From Acidimicrobiia bacterium (GTDB lineage Bacteria; Actinomycetota; Acidimicrobiia; Spongiisociales; Spongiisociaceae), in assembly GCA_009841075.1 (NCBI GenBank), contig VXMP01000061.1, positions 14,366 to 78,365 on the forward strand: a stretch of 64,000 nucleotides of DNA, read 5' to 3'. Below, piece by piece: positions 1-8,428 of the stretch. The position numbers and the translations under genes are program-made. The notes under the pieces are model-generated. The model ran no database searches, was not told the DNA's origin, and worked only from the letters and a program-made list of their open reading frames with translations. Each line of letters starts with the position of its first letter. The first letter of the stretch is position 1.

Positions 1-335
1 TTGTCGCAGACCGGACAATCGAGCGGATGGTTGAGCAGCAGAAACTCCAACACCCCCTCCTGGGCTTTTTGGGCCGGTTCCGAGTCGGTATAGACCACCA
101 TCCCGTCGCTGACCGGTTGCATACAGGAGGGAACGATCATCCGGCCGCGGGGGGTTTCGATCTCCACCAGACACATCCGGCACATCCCCACCGGGTTCAT
201 CCGGGGATGCCAGCAGAAACGGGGAATGTGGGTGCCGTTGTCCTCGGCGGCCTTGATCAACAGCTCCCCCGGGGAGGCCTGCACCTCTCTTCCGTCGATG
301 GTGAGGGCGACCATTTCGGTAGCTCCGTCGCTCAT
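1..335 (-). CDS. nuoG: NADH-quinone oxidoreductase subunit G, N-terminal part (gene runs off the window start)
   Basis: Own translation from ATG at 335-333 gives MSDGATEMVALTIDGREVQASPGELLIKAAEDNGTHIPRFCWHPRMNPVGMCRMCLVEIE...LNHPLDCPVCDK, a typical NuoG Fe-S N-terminus. ATGA overlap with the nuoEF stop. Absent from the ORF track because there is no stop inside the window. Confidence 0.85.
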   Translation of the reverse strand, partial: MSDGATEMVALTIDGREVQASPGELLIKAAEDNGTHIPRFCWHPRMNPVGMCRMCLVEIETPRGRMIVPSCMQPVSDGMVVYTDSEPAQKAQEGVLEFLLLNHPLDCPVCD

Positions 336-2332
336 CGTCTTGCTCCGATCGCCACCGGCACCAGATTGGCCTGCTCGACATAGTCTTCGACCTCGGAACG
401 GAAATATTTGAGAAGCGAAACCACCGGAGAAACCGCCGAAGGGCCGAGCGCACAGATGGTGGTCATGGCGGGCGGCCACCGGAGCCCGGGCGAGATGTTG
501 TCGGACACATCGAGCAACAGATCGGCATCGACCGACCTCCCCTGGCGGTCCATGATGCGGCGCAGGATCAGATCTATCCACACCGTTCCCTCCCGACAGG
601 GGGTGCACTGTCCGCAGGATTCGTGGGCGAAGAAACGCACCAGACGTTCGGCGGCGGCCACCATGTCGGTGGTGTGGTCCATCACGATCACCGCCCCCGA
701 TCCGGTCATCGAACCGTGACCGTCGATGGCTTCCTTGGTCACCTCGGTGTCAAGATGCAGCTCGGGAACGAACCAGGGGGCCGAAGCGCCGCCTGGCACC
801 CAGGCCTTGAGGCGGTTTCCGTTGCGGATACCACCGGCCAAATCGAAGATCAGCTCCCTCCAGGTCAGGCCCTCGACGATTTCATAGTTACCGGGCCGCA
901 CCACATGGCCGGAAACGGAACACATCCGCCGCCCGGGGGACCCTTCCGGTCCGATGGCGGCGTAGGCGGCACCGCCCTGCATGATTATCCAGGGGACGTT
1001 GGCCAGGGTCTCGACGTTGTTGACGATGGTGGGTTTCATGTAGAGCCCTTTGGCGGCCGGGAAGAAGGGTGGCTTCAGGCGAGGCTCTCCCCGTCTGCCT
1101 TCCAGGCTGTTGAGCAGGGCGGTTTCCTCCCCGCATATGTAGGCACCGGCACCCAGATGGACGGTCAGGTCGAGGTCGTAACCCGATCCGAGAATGTTCT
1201 GGCCCAGGTAGCCGGCCTGATAGGCCTCTTCCACGGCGGCTTCGACCCGGCGGGCCGCCTTGGGGTACTCCCCCCGTATGTAGACGAAGGCCTGGTGGGC
1301 CTCGGCGGCGTAGGAGGCGATCACCACCCCTTCGATCATCTGATGCGGGTCGCGCTCCATGAGCTGGCGATCCTTGAAGGTGCCCGGCTCGGACTCGTCG
1401 GCGTTGACCACCAGATAGGAAGGGCGGTCCGGGGCGAGAAAACCCCACTTGACCCCGGCCGGGAATCCGGCACCTCCCCGACCCCGCAGCATGGAGGCCT
1501 TGATGTCCTCGGTAACCTCCGTCGGGGTCATACCCGGGTCGCCCAGCACCTTGACCAGGGCGGAGTAGCCGCCGGTGGCCCGATAGACGTCCAGGGTGTG
1601 GCTGGTCTGGGGATAGTCGTTCATCCGGGCGGTGAGGATCATCGGATGGTCGCCGTTACCGACCGTAGGAGATCGGTCCAGGTCGGAAGGAGCCTCCCCG
1701 TTGGAGTGGTGAACGGTACCCAGGGAAGGGAAGGCCGGCACCGGACCGGCCACGCCGTCCGGCTCAGGGATGGCCCAAGGAAAGGAGGTATGCGAACCGA
1801 AGCGGGCCTGAAGCCGATCCCCGGTTACCCACTCCGGCCGGTCAGAACGGAGCCATTCCACCATTTCTCGGGCCTTATCGGGCGAAACCCCCTCCACGAA
1901 CTCGTAGTTGACCTGCACGGCCGGAGCGCCTCCGCAGGCCCCGATGCATTCCACATGTTCGGGGGTGATCAGGCCGGCCGGGTCGGTCTGCCCGGATGGA
2001 ACCCCGGCCTGGTCTTCCACCGCTTGCAGCACCTGATCGGCCCCGTTCAGCCAGCAGGAGAGGGAGGTGCAGACCGAAACCAGGTACTGGCCCACCGAGT
2101 CCAGCTTGTACATGGTGTAGAAGCCGGCCACGGCCGACACCTGGGCGGGGGTTACCCCCACCAGCTCCGCCACCCGGCGCATTCCCGACTCGGTAAGCCG
2201 AGCCTCCCCTCGTCTCAGGTCCTCGCTCATGGCCACGTAGAGCAGGGGCATGATCGCCGACCGAGGTTCGGGGTAGCGATCGATCAGGTCACGGGCTCGT
2301 TTCTCGGCGGCTTCCGACCAGAAGTATTCCAA
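332..2332 (-). CDS. nuoEF: Fused NADH-quinone oxidoreductase subunits E and F (NuoE domain, ~60-aa linker, NuoF domain)
   Basis: 666-aa ORF. The N-terminal ~165 aa are NuoE-like (CTSLSCWLNG...ECIGACGGAP). The C-terminal part is NuoF-like (GRGGAGFPAGVKWGF, ESCGQCTPCREG). Sits between nuoD and nuoG. Confidence 0.9.
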   Translation of the reverse strand: MEYFWSEAAEKRARDLIDRYPEPRSAIMPLLYVAMSEDLRRGEARLTESGMRRVAELVGVTPAQVSAVAGFYTMYKLDSVGQYLVSVCTSLSCWLNGADQVLQAVEDQAGVPSGQTDPAGLITPEHVECIGACGGAPAVQVNYEFVEGVSPDKAREMVEWLRSDRPEWVTGDRLQARFGSHTSFPWAIPEPDGVAGPVPAFPSLGTVHHSNGEAPSDLDRSPTVGNGDHPMILTARMNDYPQTSHTLDVYRATGGYSALVKVLGDPGMTPTEVTEDIKASMLRGRGGAGFPAGVKWGFLAPDRPSYLVVNADESEPGTFKDRQLMERDPHQMIEGVVIASYAAEAHQAFVYIRGEYPKAARRVEAAVEEAYQAGYLGQNILGSGYDLDLTVHLGAGAYICGEETALLNSLEGRRGEPRLKPPFFPAAKGLYMKPTIVNNVETLANVPWIIMQGGAAYAAIGPEGSPGRRMCSVSGHVVRPGNYEIVEGLTWRELIFDLAGGIRNGNRLKAWVPGGASAPWFVPELHLDTEVTKEAIDGHGSMTGSGAVIVMDHTTDMVAAAERLVRFFAHESCGQCTPCREGTVWIDLILRRIMDRQGRSVDADLLLDVSDNISPGLRWPPAMTTICALGPSAVSPVVSLLKYFRSEVEDYVEQANLVPVAIGARR

Positions 2333-2340
2333 ACCCTGAC

Positions 2341-3693
2341 CTACCTATCCACGTCGCCCATAACCGGGTCGAGAGAAGCGATGCAGGCCACAGTATCGGC
2401 CACCAGAGAGTCGGCCATCATGATGGGAAGGGCCGCCAGGTTGGAGAAGGAGGGGGCTCTGGTATGCATCCGCTGCGGGGTGCCGCTTCCGTCGGAGACC
2501 AGATAGCAACCCAGCTCTCCCCGGGGGCCTTCGATGGCCTGATAGGTTTCGCCGACCGGTACCTGGAAGCCTTCCGTGTAGATCTTGAAATGGTGGATGA
2601 GGGCTTCCATAGACTCGTTGATGCGCTGCCGAGGGGGAGGCGAAACCTTACGGTCTCCGGTCTTGTAGTCCCCTTTCGGCATGCTGTGCATCACCTGTTC
2701 CACGATGCGCAGCGACTGGGTGATCTCTCCGATCCGCACCCGGTAGCGGTCGTAAACATCGCCTCTGCTGCCGGTCACCACCTCGAAGTCGTAGGCCTCG
2801 ATACCCGAGTAAGGCTGGGTTTTACGGAGGTCCCAGTCCATTCCGGTAGCCCGAAGGGTGGGGCCGGTGATGCCATAGGCCAGACACTCCTCGGCGGTGA
2901 TTATCCCAACCCCACGGGTACGTCCCTTCCAGATCGGGTTCTCCTTGAGGAGGTCTTCGTAGTCGCCCAGGGCGGCGGTGATCCGGACGATTATCTGGTC
3001 TACGTCTTCTCTCCATCCGTCCGGCAGGTCGGCGGCTACCCCTCCCGGACGGATGAAGTTGTGGTTCATCCTCAAGCCGGTGGTCTTCTCGAAGAACTCC
3101 AGGATCAGCTCCCGCTCCCGGAACCCGTACATCATCATCGACAGCGCGCCTATGTCCATTCCGTTGGTGGCGGTGGCTACCAGATGGGAGGACACCCGGT
3201 TGAGTTCGGTCAACAGCACCCTGATGGCCTGGGCACGAGGGGGGATTTCCACTCCGAGCAGCTTCTCCACCGCCAGCGAATAGCAGAGTTCGTTGTGGAG
3301 GGGGGCCAGGTAGTCCATGCGGGTGACGTTGGTTCCGCCCTGCAGGAAGGTGAGCGTCTCGGCGGTTTTTTCCATGCCGGTGTGGAGGTAACCGATGATC
3401 GGTTTGACCCTCCGGACGATCTCCCCCTCCAGCTCGATGTTGAGCCTCAGCACACCATGTGTGGAAGGATGTTGAGGGCCCATGTTGACGATCATCCGCT
3501 CATCATCGTCTATCGTGTCGTCCACCACCCAGTCGTCCATCACCCGAGAACCGCGCTGCTCCCGGTCTCTTTCCTCGGTCTCGTGGCGAACCATCTCCTG
3601 GGCACCCTCGTCGGTACCGGCCACCATCCAGTCGGCCGGCTCGGGGGCCTCGGTCCCGGAAATCCAGATGTCGGTGGTGGTGGTCTTGGCCAT
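2341..3693 (-). CDS. nuoD: NADH-quinone oxidoreductase subunit D
   Basis: 450-aa ORF with NMGPQHPSTHGVLRL and the C-terminal DPVMGDVDR motif. Operon context. Confidence 0.95.
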   Translation of the reverse strand: MAKTTTTDIWISGTEAPEPADWMVAGTDEGAQEMVRHETEERDREQRGSRVMDDWVVDDTIDDDERMIVNMGPQHPSTHGVLRLNIELEGEIVRRVKPIIGYLHTGMEKTAETLTFLQGGTNVTRMDYLAPLHNELCYSLAVEKLLGVEIPPRAQAIRVLLTELNRVSSHLVATATNGMDIGALSMMMYGFRERELILEFFEKTTGLRMNHNFIRPGGVAADLPDGWREDVDQIIVRITAALGDYEDLLKENPIWKGRTRGVGIITAEECLAYGITGPTLRATGMDWDLRKTQPYSGIEAYDFEVVTGSRGDVYDRYRVRIGEITQSLRIVEQVMHSMPKGDYKTGDRKVSPPPRQRINESMEALIHHFKIYTEGFQVPVGETYQAIEGPRGELGCYLVSDGSGTPQRMHTRAPSFSNLAALPIMMADSLVADTVACIASLDPVMGDVDR

Positions 3694-4203
3694 CTAAGAA
3701 ACCTGGGGGGAGGCTTTGAACTGGACCGGAACCGATCCCACCTCGAAGTCGCGCCGCAGGGGGTGACCTACCCAATCATCGGGCATCAGAATGCGGGTCA
3801 GGTCGGGATGGCCGGCAAACCGGATTCCGAACATGTCGTAGGCCTCCCGTTCCATAAGGTTGGCACCCGGATAAATGCCCACCAAAGAAGGAACCTCCGG
3901 ATCGTCTTCCCCGACCGGAACCAGCAGGCGCAACCGGCGGTTATGTTGCAACGACAGCAGGTTGATGACCACCTCGAAGCGGTGGTCCGTCCGGATCCCC
4001 AGGTAGTCGGCCACCGTGATATCCACACACATTTCGAAGCCGCCGTTGCGAGCCTCCTCGACCAGGCCGATCAGGTCGGAAGCCGAAACCCGAACCACCT
4101 CGTCACCCAGGGAACGAACCGTTTCGGCCGAGGGCACCGATTGCAGAATGGAGTCCAACAATTGGTCGCCGGACGGTGCCGGATCGGCGGAGTGCTCCGG
4201 CAT
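3694..4203 (-). CDS. nuoC: NADH-quinone oxidoreductase subunit C
   Basis: NuoC-like sequence begins at the internal Met (MPEHSAD...). Its ATG at 4203-4201 overlaps the nuoB stop as TGATG. The longer 232-aa ORF is an upstream extension into nuoB. Confidence 0.88.
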   Translation of the reverse strand: MPEHSADPAPSGDQLLDSILQSVPSAETVRSLGDEVVRVSASDLIGLVEEARNGGFEMCVDITVADYLGIRTDHRFEVVINLLSLQHNRRLRLLVPVGEDDPEVPSLVGIYPGANLMEREAYDMFGIRFAGHPDLTRILMPDDWVGHPLRRDFEVGSVPVQFKASPQVS

Positions 4204-4673
4204 CAGCGGGACAGCTCCCCAGACACCAGCTTGTCCTGCAGGGTAAGTATTCCGTGCATCAGCGACTGCGGGCCGGGAGGACAGCCCGGAACATAGACGT
4301 CCACCGGTACGATCTGGTCCACCCCCTGCACCAGGGCGTAGTTGTTGAACATCCCTCCTGTCGACGCGCAAGCCCCCATCGATATCACCCATTTAGGGTC
4401 GGCCATCTGGTCGTAGACCTGGCGCAACACCGGTGCCATCTTCTGCGACACCCGGCCCGCCACCACCATCAGATCGGCCTGGCGGGGCGAGGCCCGAAAG
4501 ACCTCCATGCCGAATCGGGCCAGATCGTTATGGGCCGTTCCGGTGGCCATCATCTCGATGGCGCAACACGCCAACCCGAAGGTGGCCGGCCACATCGACT
4601 GCTGCTGTGCCCAACGGATGGCCTTACCCATGGTGGTGGTCAATAGCTGGGGAGGACCGGTCAGGTGCGCCAT
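4203..4673 (-). CDS. nuoB: NADH-quinone oxidoreductase subunit B
   Basis: [21 protein letters not shown] and VPGCPP motifs. The start at 4673 overlaps the nuoA stop (TGATG). Confidence 0.9.
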   Translation of the reverse strand: MAHLTGPPQLLTTTMGKAIRWAQQQSMWPATFGLACCAIEMMATGTAHNDLARFGMEVFRASPRQADLMVVAGRVSQKMAPVLRQVYDQMADPKWVISMGACASTGGMFNNYALVQGVDQIVPVDVYVPGCPPGPQSLMHGILTLQDKLVSGELSR

Positions 4674-5092
4674 CAGGCCGCCGTCTCTATCGCCGGCGTT
4701 TCGGTGACCGTCCGGTACCGCTCCCGGCGGGAAATGTTCCAATCCAGGGCACCCCGTTTCCAGACATAGCCCAGGGTTTCGATGATCAGCAGGGTAAAGA
4801 TGGCCATGGCCGCCACCCCTCCCCAACCCAGGTCCAGGAAGACCACCGCCCAGGCAAACAGGAAGATGATCTCGACATCAAATATCACGAAGAGGATGGC
4901 GACCAGATAGAACTTGACCGGGAAGCGTTGGATGGTCTCGGCCTCGGTGATAATGCCGCATTCATAGGGCTCCAACTTCTCGGCGGTGGGGCGCTTGTAG
5001 GAAATGAAGTAGGAAAGGGTAAGAGAGACACCGGCGAACACCAGTGTCAGTACCAACATGAGCGCTATGGGGAGATAATCGGAAAGCTCCAC
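4673..5092 (-). CDS. nuoA: NADH-quinone oxidoreductase subunit A
   Basis: 139-aa, three-TM protein with the YECG motif ([10 protein letters not shown]). First gene of the nuo cluster. Confidence 0.9.
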   Translation of the reverse strand: MELSDYLPIALMLVLTLVFAGVSLTLSYFISYKRPTAEKLEPYECGIITEAETIQRFPVKFYLVAILFVIFDVEIIFLFAWAVVFLDLGWGGVAAMAIFTLLIIETLGYVWKRGALDWNISRRERYRTVTETPAIETAA

Positions 5093-5187
5093 TTCACCTC
5101 TCTGCGGGGGATGATAATCCTACGAAAGGGTAGAACGAACTCAAAACCCGACCGCCCCTCCGATCCTTGGGCCACTATAAGAGCATC

Positions 5188-5281
5188 GGGCGGGTACTGA
5201 AAAATGTCCTGGTCGGCCCGATTAGACGAAACGAAACCTCCTCGCCGGACACACCCCTACCGGGTCTTTTCCCCGCCCTGC
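5188..5281. repeat. Degenerate copy of the ~100-nt hairpin repeat family, inverted relative to the copy at 21902
   Basis: GGGCGGGTACTGAAAAATGTCC..GGCCCG...GACGAAACGAAACC...TCTTTTCCCCGCCCTGCT aligns to the reverse complement of copy 21902-22002 (14/17 in the left terminus). It ends directly at the TAA stop of the ABC exporter. Confidence 0.4.
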
Positions 5282-7075
5282 TTAGCGGCTCGCCACCGCC
5301 TGCTTGCGGAATCCGGTGCGATACATCCGGGCGTATAACCCGTCTGCATCCATCAGGTCAAGGTGGGTTCCTTGCTCCACCAAACGACCTTTATCCAGCA
5401 CCAAGATCCGATCGGCGGCCTGGATGGTCGATAAACGATGGGCTATAACCAGCGAGGTTCGGCCTCTCATCACCCTTTCCATCGACTCCTGTATCAGGGC
5501 TTCCGACTCGGAATCAAGGTGGGCGGTGGCTTCGTCCAGGATGAGGATGCGGGGATCTTCCAGGATCACCCGGGCCAGGGCGATCCTCTGTTTCTCCCCA
5601 CCCGACAGGCGGTATCCCCGCTCCCCCACCACCGTGTCGTAGCCATCCGGTAGCGAGGTCACGAAATCGTGGATATTGGCGGTCCGGGCGGCCGATTCCA
5701 GCTCCTCGGTGGTGGCCTCGGGCTTGGCGTAGCGAAGGTTGGCGGCGATGGTGTCATGGAACAGGAAGGTCTCCTGGGTGACCACCCCGATGGAACTTTC
5801 CAGAGATTCGGTGGTGGCATCCCGAACATCCACCCCGTCGATGGCAACCCGCCCTCGGGTTACGTCGTAGAGACGCGGGATCAGATAGCTGACGGTGGTC
5901 TTACCCGCCCCCGACGGACCCACCAGGGCGGCCACCTCACCCGGTTCGATGCGGAACCTCAGGTCCTCGATCGCCCATCTTCGAGTGGGTGTGGCGACGG
6001 AAACGGTGGGGCTTTCGCCCGGCCTGCCGAACCGGGCCACCGCGGTCAGGCCGACCCGATCCGGCTGCTCGTACCGGAAGAAGACCCCCTCGAAATCGAC
6101 CTGACCGGTCACCGGTGTGAGGTCTCGGGCGTCGGGTTTTTCGAATATCTCCTGGGAGAGGTCGAGCACTTCGAACACCCGCTCGAAGGAGACCAAGGAA
6201 GTGGCAAACTCCACCCGGGCGTTGGACATGGCCGACAACGGCCCGTACAGCTGAACGAGCAGGCTGGAGAACATGATCACCGTACCCAGGCTCATGTCAC
6301 CCCGGATCACCAGATAGCCGCCCACCCAGAACACGGAGGCGGTGCCCAAGGCCCCTACCAATCCCAAGGCGGCGAAGAACCATCTCCCTACCACAGCCGA
6401 TCTAACCCCCAGATCACGAACCATTCGGGCCTCGGCGGAAAAGCGAGACATCTCCTGGCGGCGGCGTCCGAACAGCTTGACCAATAAGGCCCCGCTCACG
6501 TTGAAGGTCTCGTTGAGGATGGCGGACATCGCCCCGTTGTGTTGCATCTGACGCTCGGTCAGGGAACGCAGCATTCGACCCACCCGGCGGGCCGGATAGA
6601 TAAACAACGGCAGGGCCGCCACCGCCAGGAGGGTCAGACGCCATTCGGCACCGATCATCACCACCAGGATGGCGGTTATAGAAACCACGTTCGACACGAT
6701 GGTCACAAAGGTGCCGGTTACCGCGGTCTGGGCACCGACCACATCGTTGTCGAGACGGGAAACCAGCTCGCCGGTTTTGGTCTCGGTGTAGAACCGAAGG
6801 GACATGCCCAACAGATGGCTATACAGGGCTCGGCGCAGATCGTAGATAATCCCCTCGCCGGCCCGGGCGGTCATCCAGCGCTGCAAGGCACCCACGGCGA
6901 CGCTCACCAAAGGGACCGCCACCATCGCCGCCCCCAGCAGGGTCAAACGGCCCACATCGGCAGCGGGGATGGCGTTATCCACCAGATCACGGATGAGGAG
7001 AGGCGGCACCACCGTAAGTCCGGACACCACCAAAATGGTGCCCAACACCCCTAGCAACAACATCCGGTAAGGCAT
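5282..7075 (-). CDS. ABC transporter, fused permease/ATPase (type I exporter, MsbA/MdlB-like)
   Basis: 597 aa. N-terminal six-TM domain, Walker A GPSGAGKTT, signature LSGGEKQR, Walker B ILILDEATA. Confidence 0.9.
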   Translation of the reverse strand: MPYRMLLLGVLGTILVVSGLTVVPPLLIRDLVDNAIPAADVGRLTLLGAAMVAVPLVSVAVGALQRWMTARAGEGIIYDLRRALYSHLLGMSLRFYTETKTGELVSRLDNDVVGAQTAVTGTFVTIVSNVVSITAILVVMIGAEWRLTLLAVAALPLFIYPARRVGRMLRSLTERQMQHNGAMSAILNETFNVSGALLVKLFGRRRQEMSRFSAEARMVRDLGVRSAVVGRWFFAALGLVGALGTASVFWVGGYLVIRGDMSLGTVIMFSSLLVQLYGPLSAMSNARVEFATSLVSFERVFEVLDLSQEIFEKPDARDLTPVTGQVDFEGVFFRYEQPDRVGLTAVARFGRPGESPTVSVATPTRRWAIEDLRFRIEPGEVAALVGPSGAGKTTVSYLIPRLYDVTRGRVAIDGVDVRDATTESLESSIGVVTQETFLFHDTIAANLRYAKPEATTEELESAARTANIHDFVTSLPDGYDTVVGERGYRLSGGEKQRIALARVILEDPRILILDEATAHLDSESEALIQESMERVMRGRTSLVIAHRLSTIQAADRILVLDKGRLVEQGTHLDLMDADGLYARMYRTGFRKQAVASR

Positions 7076-7258
7076 CCCATACGAAAAAACCCGCCGTAGC
7101 AGATCCCGATCTATCTCCGGACCCGACTGATTCTGGTCATAACGCAGATAGGACCACCACCCCCTACCGAAATCGTTATAGATGGAAAACCTCCAATAAC
7201 CGGAAACCCAGTTTAGAGGGGGATATTCTTATAATTCATCCCGCTCCCCTACCCTCTG

Positions 7259-8398
7259 GTGACCGTGCGAATACTCCTACTTAACGGGCCGAATCTCAAC
7301 CTTCTGGGCCGGCGCGACCCTGCGATCTACGGAAGCGCCACCCTTGATGAGGTGGAAGAGCAATGCCGGGCCCATGCCGCCCGACTGGGACACACCCTGG
7401 AGGCTCGACAGTCCAATCATGAAGGTGGGTTGATCGACATCCTGCACCGGTCCCGTGGAGAGGTGGAAGGAGTCGTCTTCAATCCCGGTGCCTACAGCCA
7501 TACCAGTTATGCCCTTCACGACGCCCTTGAAGCGATCGAAATCCCCACCGTCGAGGTTCATATATCCGATGTTAGGAGTCGTGAAACCTGGCGGCGGATC
7601 TCGGTTACCGAACCGGCCTGCGTTTACCAGATTTTCGGTCGAGGGACGGTCGGCTACCAAAACGCCATCTCCCACCTCCATTACCGGAAGAACCATCCGC
7701 CCCTTACCCTTTCATATGGCCCCCACCCGGACCAGGTAGCTGATCTCAGGACCCCCTGGGGGGCGGGGCCGCATCCGATCGCCGTACTGATCCACGGAGG
7801 TGGTTGGACCGCCCCTTATACCCGCGACCTGATGGACGGGATGGCGGTGGAGCTGAGCAAACACGGGATGGCCACCTGGAATATCGAATACCGACGAATC
7901 CCTCCGGTCGGGGATTGGCGCAACACCTTGGCCGACCCCTCCCTTTCCTTGGAGGCCCTAAAAGCGCTTCCCCCCGAACACCGGGTTGATCTAAACCGAA
8001 CCACCGTAATCGGACACTCCGCCGGAGCTCAGCTGGGGTTTTTCGCCGCCAAATCGGCCTCCCCCCGCCCCGTCCGCCTGGTTTCTGTGGCCGGAATGCT
8101 TGATCTGGAACGTCTCGGTTCCGGTTTCGACTACCTCCTCCAAGGCTTCCTGTGCGAGGAAAGGGAAGCGCGTCAGGCGGAGGTGGATCCCGTTCAATCG
8201 CTGCCGCTCGGTTCCCCGATCGTGGCGATCCACGGCCGGAAGGATGATTCCGTGCCCATAGATCAGAGCCGCCGGTTGGTGGAGGCCGCCCGCCGGGCGG
8301 GTGATCAGGCCGACCTGGTGGAGACCGACTCGGATCATATGGACATAATCTCGCCGTTAAGCCCGGCCTGGGAGCAGATAATGCAGGCCTGCCTTTGA
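7259..8398 (+). CDS. aroQ: Fusion protein: type II 3-dehydroquinate dehydratase (AroQ) plus C-terminal alpha/beta-hydrolase (esterase/formamidase-like)
   Basis: The N-terminal ~145 aa are LLLNGPNLNLLGRRDPAIYG...QSNHEGGLID...NPGAYSHTSYALHDA (AroQ). The C-terminal part has the HGGGW oxyanion motif and the GHSAGAQ nucleophile elbow. GTG start. Confidence 0.85.
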   Translation: MTVRILLLNGPNLNLLGRRDPAIYGSATLDEVEEQCRAHAARLGHTLEARQSNHEGGLIDILHRSRGEVEGVVFNPGAYSHTSYALHDALEAIEIPTVEVHISDVRSRETWRRISVTEPACVYQIFGRGTVGYQNAISHLHYRKNHPPLTLSYGPHPDQVADLRTPWGAGPHPIAVLIHGGGWTAPYTRDLMDGMAVELSKHGMATWNIEYRRIPPVGDWRNTLADPSLSLEALKALPPEHRVDLNRTTVIGHSAGAQLGFFAAKSASPRPVRLVSVAGMLDLERLGSGFDYLLQGFLCEEREARQAEVDPVQSLPLGSPIVAIHGRKDDSVPIDQSRRLVEAARRAGDQADLVETDSDHMDIISPLSPAWEQIMQACL

Positions 8399-8428
8399 GG
8401 GTGCCGGGAAGCCACCGGCCTCTCGGGT

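Noticed and set aside
623-4296. Very long plus-strand ORFs (623-2506, 627 aa; 2464-4296, 610 aa) antisense to nuoEF/nuoD/nuoC. Similar cases lie at 26222-27592, 29280-30251, 51917-52924, 55373-56665 and 57863-58957.
   Set aside because: Their translations are low-complexity and Gly/Arg/Pro/His-rich, with no recognisable motifs. They lie exactly opposite genes with strong family signatures. These are typical stop-codon-poor shadow frames of high-GC DNA.
3694-4826. N-terminal extensions of the nuoC (232-aa ORF) and nuoB (207-aa ORF) reading frames that overlap the upstream genes by about 190 and 150 nt.
   Set aside because: The family-like sequence starts at internal Met codons that form TGATG stop/start overlaps with the preceding gene. 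The extensions are Gly/Arg-rich and unlike NuoB or NuoC.
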